Source: Saccostrea cucullata
Taxonomy: Eukaryota
NCBI RefSeq assembly: GCF_032062105.1
Contig: NW_026925206.1
Location: forward strand, 62,001-126,000
Reading direction: 5' to 3'
DNA length: 64,000 nucleotides
Shown: positions 54,841-64,000 of the stretch, one piece after another
How positions within the stretch are numbered: the first letter of the stretch is position 1
How the letters are laid out: each line of letters opens with the position of its first letter
Translations under genes and position numbers: made by a program
The notes under the pieces: generated by a model
Told to the model about the DNA's origin: nothing
The model's database searches: none
What the model saw: the letters and a program-made list of their open reading frames with translations, nothing else

Positions 54841-56402
54841 TCTTGGTTTCAGTTAAATTTGTATCACGAGCCCGAGCTATTATGTAGTCTTAGATTGTCT
54901 AATAGAAGTCTCGACTTTTTCAAATTTTCCCCTTCAAAAACAAAAAAGTACTTGTTGATACCTTTTTTTTTTTAAAAATCCCCTCTGATTTTATTACACG
55001 GCCATGGACTGTTTAAAAGCATATAGATCCTGTTACTGTACCTTATTTAATCATGTTTTAAAATTACAATAAAATTTCTAGTTGTCTAGTTACGTAATTT
55101 CTCTAGACATTATCATGTTATGAATATTTTTTTTTATCAGACGCCTTTACTGAAAAAAATGAATGAGATGAGTTTCTTTAACACAAACCAGCTTGAGCAC
55201 AAACCATTTGGCAAAAAATCACCATATCAGCATTCATTAATTTGGTTTACTTGGATCGGACAGGGGAAAAAATTCAACATTTTATTGCACATCTACAGAA
55301 TCTGCAGAAACTGAAGTCCCTCAAATTACAGATGTTCCAAATTAAAAGAGGATTTGGCTTCTGTGTCAGGGTTTAAGGATATCCAATCCTGAACTCAGGA
55401 AGGATAACTCTTCTTAATTTATACGGTTTTAACAATTAGGTTTTTATTGATACATCGTTGAAATTATATACAACATATCTTCCTCATCTAGTATTATATG
55501 ACAGTATTTACATCAATACATTTCATAGCATTTAGTCAAAACAATCACTAAAACGCATGCATTCTCATAAATAAACATTAAAAATACATGTAGCAGCAAG
55601 TTGCTCTGGTTAACTTTTAAAAAAAAAATCTCAAAAACAAAATGAAGTTTATATCCCGAAATAAATTTCGAGTTTTAATCACATTCCATTATCATGATCA
55701 TATGACGACCAAAAAAAAAATCGAATAATAAAAATCAATTTGCTATTTCTTATGGTACAAAGAAGAAATGAATGGAGCCTGCCATCTGTCTCCGGAATAT
55801 TGTACATGTATTGTCCAGTTATATCGACTGATCGAATTGAGGTTAATGAACTCCAATTGTCTAATTATCATTATATGTAACAAATGAACAAGTATGTAAG
55901 GTCATCTCTTTGATTGGGTCCTTAAAGAACGTATTAATTTTTGGAGAGGACTTATATATAGGCCATGTCTGATGTCTAATCCAATTAATAAATACATGTA
56001 TGTAAACTGACTTTGCATAATAAAATATTGATTAGATTAAATTAAAGAATGTATCAAAGTTTGACTAAGAGAAGTGAATTGTGCTTAAAATTATTTTCTG
56101 ATGAAATATACCGGACTTGGGAAAGAGCTTTCCTTTTATTTTCTCTCTTTTTTCTAAGGAAAGAATGTTGTTTCACTCTTAATGGTGAACGAATATTAGC
56201 TTTCTAGACAATTTTCTATGACTGCACATCCGTACCACAACATTCGTAAAAAATATATAAATAGATAAAGAAATAAATAAATGACATAGTTGTGATCATT
56301 ATTCGGAATTCATAATATAACAGATTAAAATCGACTGTACAAACTCGAAATAAATAAATATATTCGAATTCAATTTACTAAACACTCCATAAGTTGAATT
56401 TA

Positions 56403-57479
56403 CGAGGGTTGTCCCGTAAAATCGTGGACAAGTTGTCTCGCATGAATAATTATCAACACTACGTTCTGAAATTTTCACTACTTCTTAGTACATATTTTCT
56501 GAATAAATATAGCAAATTTCAAATAGATATATGCATAAATAAACGAATTATGAGATTTAATTTTATGTATTGTATCGCCTTACGGCGCACGGATGATAAC
56601 GTCAAAGTGCCTAAAACAGCGTCAGGTACCTCAAGTTTCATCTTTGCACTAAAGATAAAGTTGGATAAGTCCCACTTAAATTTCGAAATTTCATTGAAGC
56701 ACATACTTAAGTCTCCATAAACAATCGAGGAACCAATCTGGCACAAATGTACGATCTTCTGATGATTAATTACTAAGAGACTGACAATATTCCAACATCA
56801 TTCAACTAAAAGACAATCTTATATTGACGCGGTCAACATTGACAGCGTCTTTAGCTATTACAATTGTAGTTTGTCTGTATGTCTTGTACATGTATTACCT
56901 CGGGACTCGATCAAGAAAGACTTTACACAGAAAACTCCCATTTCATTTATATACTAAAGATTTGGCAATTTTTTGGGATTTTTTTTCTTCTGTATTCATT
57001 TAAAGTTTTATACGACGTTATTACACCGTCTAAATCATAGCGAACTGATCTTCGGTGCGCCTTAACGTCACCAAACGTCACCATTCTTCGTGTGTTGTGT
57101 TCCCCACTTTCCCATTTCAAATGCTCGGGAAACTGTCAAAAATTGACCAAATGCATTGAAAATTTTAAGAAGACAACAAAATAAATTGTGGAATTGAATA
57201 AGGATAATTTTTACCCTATTCGTATCTATTTAAATCTTTTGTTTCAAATCAATACTCATGTATTCTCTTATAAAACCTTCGATTTTTGACCGTGCGCCGT
57301 AGGGCTTTACCCTGTGCACATTCAAGCATTATAAAATCTATATTTTTGTGTATATTTTATCCAAAACACTATAATTAACTTAAATATGATAAACAAACAT
57401 TCACTGAAAATTTCAGCTTATTACGTCCATTATTTTTTGAGAAAAACGCTTTGTCCACGATTTTACGGGACAACCCTCG
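56403..57479. mobile_element. Non-autonomous mariner-like element
   Basis: TA|CGAGGGTTGTCCCGTAAAATCGTGGACAA...TTGTCCACGATTTTACGGGACAACCCTCG|TA (perfect 29-bp TIR). Confidence 0.9.
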
Positions 57480-57659
57480 TATTTATGAAAAATTGGCCGG
57501 GTATCAAAGGAAAACAAAAACATGCGGCTCATGGACTGCAACGCTCACCTTATGTATATTTCCAGCATGAAAAACTTGATCATACCAACTAGTAACTAAT
57601 TTCCTCTCCCCGTAGCTCATAATTTGAACAAATTTAAATAACACTGTATCTGGTTATCT

Positions 57660-58330
57660 GTGTTAAACTCTCCTGTATGGCTCAGACCGAGTGCTGGCGT
57701 GTTTTTGACAGCGACATGAGAAAAGTAGAAGTTTCCACAACAACTGTCCTCGAAAAATTCACCGTATCTTCCGGCCGAACAAGATCTCTAACAGAGACCT
57801 CCACAAGAAAAGCAAAAGCAGGAGCATAACAACTGAAATCAAGCAAAGAAGACTGAGATGGTTGGGATACTGTAAACCAACTTTTATTCGCGACGACTTT
57901 ATTTCGCGATTGTCAAGGGGTAAACTAGTTCACGACGATTAATTTTCGCGATCAAGCCTTTTTGGATCTGTTGATGATAAACACAGAGACCATAAGGACC
58001 GGTTCGCGGCGAGAAATATTCGCGATGACTAGGCTCTCGCGAACCTCGCGAAAATTTCTCGCACGCGAATAAAAGTTGGTTTACAGTATGTGATGACAAT
58101 GCCCCGGTGCAGAATACCTAAAACAGCGTTACATTGGACACCATCTGGAAAGAGGAAGCGAGGTAGACCGCGAACAACTTGGAGAAGAACCCTAGCATTA
58201 GAGCTATAGAGGAAATGGGCTACTCGTGGGGACAGGCACAGTATGTGGCAAAAGACAGAGGAAGATAGCAACCGACTTGTGAAGCCTCATGTCCCATCTG
58301 GGATGAAGAGGATAAGTAAGTAAGTAAGTA
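57660..58330 (+). mobile_element. 3' fragment of an RTE-type LINE interrupted by a MITE
   Basis: EIKQRRLRWLG[Y]VM..RIPKTALHWTPSGKRKRGRPRTTWRRT and a (TAAG)n tail. Confidence 0.8.
57870..58086. mobile_element. Tc1/mariner-type MITE
   Basis: TA|CTGTAAACCAACTTTTATTCGCG...CGCGAATAAAAGTTGGTTTACAG|TA; removing it restores the LINE frame. Confidence 0.9.
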
Positions 58331-58474
58331 TCTGTGTATAATTGCAACTTTAAATAATATGTTAAATAAATACGTATATATATTATACATATGTGCACTT
58401 TATCGTGATGAAAAATGCCTTGAATACAAAATATATATCATTCAAAATTATAAAATATGGCCAGAAATATGAAT

Positions 58475-59785
58475 TTAACTGGAGAGCTTCCGTCTCCTTT
58501 CTTCTAAGAATTCTCCAAATTCCCGAAAAGACGGCAAAAGGCTATTCAAGCCTGTCTGGTTTTCCGTGCAATAATTGTGTGAACTCGCGCCCTCTTTGAA
58601 TTTGAACACACTGTGGTCTGAATAGTGGTGATGATTTGAAGAATATGGACCAGGTGATGATATGAAAGATGGACTATTAGAGGAAACACTTTTAGATGAC
58701 AAAGTACCAGGGTTATTCAGGGATTGTTTTCCTTTCGCGGGAAAGACACTTTCACATTCGAGATTATTGATTGTCTTTGTTTTTCTGTCACAATTTGAAT
58801 TACTGCAAGACGTAAACGTAGTGCTGTGGAATGGCTCGTGAACGTCTTTTATCTGGGCTCTATTAAAATTTTCATCCACAGGCTCGTCGTTGCTGCTCAT
58901 CGAAATCACATCGAATGATGACTGATGATCAATTTCATCTAAATGTCTCCTTTCTGGACTTCCTGTTCTGTGAACTGTGAAATCACCCACTTCGTATTTA
59001 GATAACCTAGCACGCAATATCCTATTATTTCTGTTACTATCCAAATTGTTCAGATACACAGAATAACGTTTAGGTTTACCAATAGTTCCCTTCTTTGCCC
59101 ATCTCCTATGCTGATGGTAAATGAAGCTTTTATCCACGGCAATTGGAATTTCGTTACTTCCTTTTTCTAAAGTCTCCGGCATAAGAACCCTGACCAACTT
59201 AACATCGGGCGCTAGACATAGTTCTGGCTTGCTGGCGCTCTTTTTCTTGTTTGCTTTGTCAAATGTAGAGCGACATTCTGGCATTGAACATGTTGGGATC
59301 TCTGTTTTACTGGAAATCACAGATATACCAGAATCCAACTCTGCGCCGCTACTGCAGCTTCCAGACTCGTACAAGGTGTCAGATGAGCACACTTTTCTTT
59401 CAAGTTGTTTTGGAACTGTTCTTTTCTCTGTGAAAAAAGACACAGGGGCGTTTACCTCTTTGCTGTACACGGGACTGTATGGGTCATGTAAGCTGTGTAT
59501 GTGATGCGTCATGGATTTTGTACTAGTTCTACGATGCCTGGCCCTCCTCCGATGACCTGTCGTCAAGACATCGTGGTGTCGTAGATGGAGCAGACGAAAC
59601 CTCGCTCTGGATATAGAATCACGACACTTCCGGTTAATAAACGCAATCACGATTCCCATGATGATGAGGACAGAAACAAATGTCGCAATCAGTAGGTAGG
59701 TATCTCGAGTGTGAATCGGAAGTGAATTGTCTGGCTGAGGATAGAAGGGAGTGGTGGTCACATTTTCTCCCGGCTTTGAATACAT
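58475..59785 (-). CDS. Uncharacterised single-pass (type III-like) membrane protein with a long Ser-rich cytoplasmic tail, 436 aa, single coding exon
   Basis: 1.3-kb ORF in AT-rich DNA; one hydrophobic helix (YLLIATFVSVLIIMGIVIAFI) followed by a basic stretch; no signal peptide; in-frame TGA 12 codons upstream of the ATG; plausible acceptor at 59863 and upstream donor at 60455. Confidence 0.8.
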   Translation of the reverse strand: MYSKPGENVTTTPFYPQPDNSLPIHTRDTYLLIATFVSVLIIMGIVIAFINRKCRDSISRARFRLLHLRHHDVLTTGHRRRARHRRTSTKSMTHHIHSLHDPYSPVYSKEVNAPVSFFTEKRTVPKQLERKVCSSDTLYESGSCSSGAELDSGISVISSKTEIPTCSMPECRSTFDKANKKKSASKPELCLAPDVKLVRVLMPETLEKGSNEIPIAVDKSFIYHQHRRWAKKGTIGKPKRYSVYLNNLDSNRNNRILRARLSKYEVGDFTVHRTGSPERRHLDEIDHQSSFDVISMSSNDEPVDENFNRAQIKDVHEPFHSTTFTSCSNSNCDRKTKTINNLECESVFPAKGKQSLNNPGTLSSKSVSSNSPSFISSPGPYSSNHHHYSDHSVFKFKEGASSHNYCTENQTGLNSLLPSFREFGEFLEERRRKLSS

Positions 59786-61467
59786 GTTAGAGCCAGCATG
59801 TTTTCTGGAGAATGCGTTGAATCAAAATCCAAGAGTTTCCATGTCAGTGTGACACATTCCCTTCTCAAGAAAAAAAGAGAAGACATTATTAGCATTAATT
59901 ATTATTGATCCATGTTTTCTTCTTTTATTTCTTAAATCATTTTACATAGTTAGAACATTAAGGTTGTTGCCCAGACTTTGGCAAATAGCACGTGATGGAT
60001 GATAAAAATTACGTGCAATAGTTACAGGCAATTGTTTGGGGTTATAATGGACGTTTCACATAAACATAAATATTATTGTTATTATTAATTTATAATTTGA
60101 GGTCAGACAAGACGTTCCTCAGATATCTGTTTTTATAAATTTTCGTAATGTATTAAAAATGTGTAACATTGTCAATACCCTACGATTTTTAAACAGGTTT
60201 CTATAATTGTCTTTAAAAAATAAAACAAATTAATGCTATTATTTTTTATGTGGGCAATTTAAGATTTTTTTCAAAAGAATTGTAATGTATAAGAAACACC
60301 ATCATCTGGTATCTTGCACAAATGCCTGGTAAGCTATTGCGAATAAACAAGTTAAAGTACGATTACTTAAATGACAAAATCTCAGAAAAAATTACACTGT
60401 ATACACTATTTAGGAACGTATCGTCTGTCCTTAAACTTTTAAAATATATACATACCTTTAACTTCAAACGCAGTTTATTATAGCACAGAAAGGGAAGTAT
60501 AGAACTGACAGGCTGACGGACTGGCCACATTGTATAAGGAAGAAAAGGTATCCTTGGTGATCCAACAGATGTTGAGATTTGTCTACCAACATGTGAATGT
60601 GCGAATCATTGGATGAGTCAGTGAAGTTCAATGGCTCTAAATGTACTTAATGGCTGAAATCGATACAGATTTATTTACGTTATATAACCAAAGACGAAGA
60701 CATACATCTCTATATTTGTGCATTTAAATTTTTTTTGGTAACAAATGTACAGTTTTAGAAATTACCGATTCGAAAAAATTATTTTTGATGTTTTATAAAA
60801 AAGAAAATTATCATCCCCCAATATAATTACAGATTTTATTTTATTTTTTGCAAAGTTTGTAAACTAGAGGTATTAATTTAATTGACATGTGCCCTTGAAT
60901 TGAGATATGTAATACATCTCAAAGCAATGCGTCATATTGAAATTTGATAAATTAATATGAAATTTTATAACAAGAAAAATGTGACCTTAAAGGACTTATC
61001 CCACGTTTCCAACTGCATGCGAAAAACAATGTGAGCTTTAAAAATACACGGAGCTGCACATGTACATATAGATATGATATGCATGTACATCTGAATTAAG
61101 AACCATCCAAGTATAGCGTGTATATAGGTTAAGTCTGGTTGCACGAGTATTAACTTAACAAGAGTGTACTGTACAGTAGCATATTTATAGGTTTGAGTGA
61201 AAATTTTACCTCTTGAGCTCTTTAATGATGAAGAAAAGTAACAAATTTAAGCACATTCTTAAGCATTCAATAATCAAATTTGCGTACACTGTGCTGCTGC
61301 ATGTTTAATTTTTTTTCTTTCGAAAAGCATACTTTGTTGTTTTTTTTCTGAAATTACTGCTTAACGCATTTAACTTTCGCGTTTATTCACAAAAGTTATG
61401 CACCATAACGCAATTTTTTGTTATATTTTACCTTGTAAAATGAGCCCAATGGGCTTCATAATTTTCT

Positions 61468-61674
61468 ATGTGAAATCACTAATTTTCATGGGGTTTATTT
61501 TTCGTTGTTTTCGAGGCAAAAAGAGACCCACGAATTTATGACCACCACGAAATGTAAAATTCAATATACATTACTTCTAAAACATCTTCATCCACGAAAT
61601 CAAGTCCCCATAAACCAAAATTATATCCTCGAACCTCGAAACTTTGACCCCACGAAAATATGTGATTTTACAGT
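61468..61674. mobile_element. TA-type MITE, degenerate
   Basis: tgtgaaatcactaattttcatgggg...cccacgaaaatatgtgattttacagta with internal CCACGAA repeats. Confidence 0.6.
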
Positions 61675-62726
61675 ATATCAAAATCAGTTAACAATCAATA
61701 AACAAATCTTTCCTTTTTTCTTTCAGTGGAATTGGGAACTATTGAGTAAAGAATATGAATTATCATAAATATCGGAATGATGGACCTAGCTATGAAATAT
61801 GAAGAACATTTTGCTGTAAGCTAGTTTATATACAAAAACCAAAAAAATTATTGAGGAAGATTAATGCTTATACACATGTGTAATTTTATTTCATTCCATT
61901 ATAAGTTTGTTATGGTCTTTTTTTACGGAGAAGATTCTGAAGTTGTCTTTGTAAATGTTGGATTCACTCATGGGAAAATATAAATCTGACATTGACAGAT
62001 ACGGAATTGTAATTGGACTGGAGTTACAGAATCGATAGTCAGTAAAGCTGTATTCAGTAGGAGGTCATACACTGAGAACATTCTCATTTCAAATGTGTTG
62101 TGTTGTTCGTCCGTCGGTGGCGGCGATGACCACTGTCTCATCTTCGTGGGGGAGGGGGTTGACCTGGACGGTGGGTGCGGAGGTGACTGGCCGGGCCGAT
62201 CCTCGCAAGGAATAGTCTCGGACAGTGAGGGCAGGGGATGGTGGCAACTGCCGGGTCCTTAGCGCTGTCTTTCCTGACCTGCCTGCGTTGTTTTGCTGCG
62301 GCTCTCGACCCACACCTGTCTTGTGCTGCAACTTCCCAGGAGTCAGGGTTGATTCTGAATGCCTTGAGGGAGGCCTTTAGGGTGTCGTTGAATCGCTTTT
62401 TCGGGGCACCACGGACACACTTTCCTTCCAGTAGTTCACCAAAGAGTAGTTTCTTTGGGGAGTCGATGGTTCGGCATACGGACTATGTGTCCCGCCCAGC
62501 GGAGTTGTGACTGCATGAGCACGATGTAGATGCTGGGCAAGCCAGCTCGGATGAGCTCGGGGACTTCTGTGTCGGGTATATCTTTTCTTGCCACTTCATA
62601 CTGAGAAGCTTTCGAAGGCTTGACGAGTGGAACTGGTTCAGCTTTTTGGCGTGCCTCTGGTAGACAGTCCACGCTTCACAGCCATACAGCAGTGTGGTGA
62701 GAACCACTGCACGGTAGACCTTAATT

Positions 62727-63128
62727 ATTATACCCCCCCCCCCCGCTTGAAAAGTGGGGGTATATAGTAATCAGTATTTCCGTCCGTCTGTACGTCCGTC
62801 CGTCTGTTACGCTTTATCTCCATTAATCGCAACTCCTCTTATACTACTGAGTGAAATTTAATGAAACTTTCACAGAATCTTTATTACATATTGCCATTGT
62901 GCACCTCCTATTTTACTTTTTTATTTGACACGTATTTTAAGTTTCCCATAGCAAAACACGGACATTGCCATTATATGTTTACCTATGACGTCACATATAG
63001 AAGCTTCTGGATAACATTTGATAGGACGAGTTTACACATTACCGTGAAACAATATATAGCAACACATGGACATTATGGGAGGCGGGGGGTATCATTTAGT
63101 GAGCTCATTGCTCACAGTACCTCTAGTT
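62727..63128 (+). mobile_element. Helentron-derived HINE inserted in the LINE at a TT site
   Basis: ATACCC..GGGGGTATA, (GTCC)n, 3' hairpin and CTAGT; the flanks rejoin as ITTETK|IKVYRAVV on -. Confidence 0.85.
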
Positions 63129-63260
63129 TTTGTCTCTGTTGTGATGCCTCTTCTGTCCCATACGTTCTTGTACAGTCTGCCGAAAGCAACGCTCGCCATT
63201 GCCAGTCTAGCGTTTACCTCGTCATCGATCACAACGTTCCTGGACAGAGTGCTACCGGGG

Positions 63261-63388
63261 TAATAATAATAATAATAATAATACTTTATTTAAAGAGGGT
63301 AACCCGATTAGTGCAAGCACTAGTCTTCCTCGGGGCCCTCTATACATGGATAGTACAATTATGAATACAACAGTACAATACAACATAC
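63261..63388 (-). mobile_element. 3' tail of a second LINE (CR1/L2-like) inserted in the RTE element
   Basis: On -: gagggccccgaggaagactag..ccctctttaaataaag(tat)n, interrupting the KFTY|xGSTL motif. Confidence 0.65.
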
Positions 63389-64000
63389 GTGAACTTGTCC
63401 ACAACATTTAGCTGTTGGTTGTTGATGGTGATGTTGGGCTCAACATACGGTTCGCTTGGTGCTGACTGGTGCATGATTTCGGTGTTCTTTGTGCTGATAG
63501 TCAGGCCAAAGTTGTCGCAGGCATCAGAGAACTTGTCAACGCTGTGCTGCATATTTACCTCGGAGGTAGAGTTGAGGGCAGATTCATCAGCAAACAGGAG
63601 GTCGTTGATGGTGTCCAATTGAACCTTGGACTTCGCTTATAGACGTCTGGGGTTGAAGACTGAGCCATCAAAGCACCATTTGATGCCAATTCTAGGTCCG
63701 TGCCATCGAAGGCATCATTCAGCATGGCGGAAAACATCAAACTAAAGAGCGTCATGGCGAGGACGTAGCCCTGCTTCACTCCAGTGGAGACAGAGAATGG
63801 CTCTGATGATTTGCCGCCGTCTTGGACTCTCGCCTGCGTCCCATCGTGCAGCTGTCGAACGATGGTGATGAATTTTGTTGGGCATCCATACTTCGCCATG
63901 ATTCGTTAAAGGCCTTCTCTGCTGACAGTGTCAAAAGCCTTGGTCAGATCGACGTAAGTTGAGTACAGGTCGGAGTTCTGTTCCTGACACTTCTCTTGCA

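Larger units (their letters stand above)
62090..64000 (-). mobile_element. RTE-clade (BovB-like) LINE, frameshifted RT and C-terminus, running off the window
   Basis: DLTKAFDTV, KYGCP.KF, TGVKQG, DLLFAD, FGLTIS, VDKFTY.GS, KVYRAVVLTTLLYGCEAW, QLRWAGH; GC-rich relative to the host DNA. Confidence 0.9.

Noticed and set aside
59121-59504. 127-aa plus-strand ORF, and likewise 30153-30619, 31572-31769, 32091-32360 and 54271-54507
   Set aside because: Antisense shadows of real coding exons.

Overview
AT-rich, intron-rich animal genomic DNA. HSPA12 paralogues, Helentron-type HINE repeats and Deu/Nin-type SINEs point to a bivalve, probably an oyster. Manual splicing gives six genes: (1) a 15-exon, ~745-aa three-Ig receptor tyrosine pseudokinase on + (1072-14644; HRDLAARN->YYRLSASS, DFG->GFM); (2,3) two tandem intact HSPA12 genes on - (23942-21746, with a GC-AG intron, and 32298-30119); (4) an 11-exon, ~602-aa LAMP-family protein with three LAMP domains on + (39214-47622); (5) CDC7 kinase on - (54431-50999); (6) an orphan 436-aa single-pass membrane protein on - (59785-58475). 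Non-coding DNA holds many nested non-autonomous transposons. The most striking structure lies in RTK intron 1: a composite of miniature LTR retroelements (TRIMs) whose LTRs carry a tRNA-like Pol III cassette, with a tRNA-His primer-binding site and polypurine tracts, joined head-to-head and flanked by one 4-bp duplication (4173-5010). A ~1.8-kb palindrome with a GCGAAGC-containing hairpin core lies between the HSPA12 genes. Exon boundaries were read by eye and no database searches were run.
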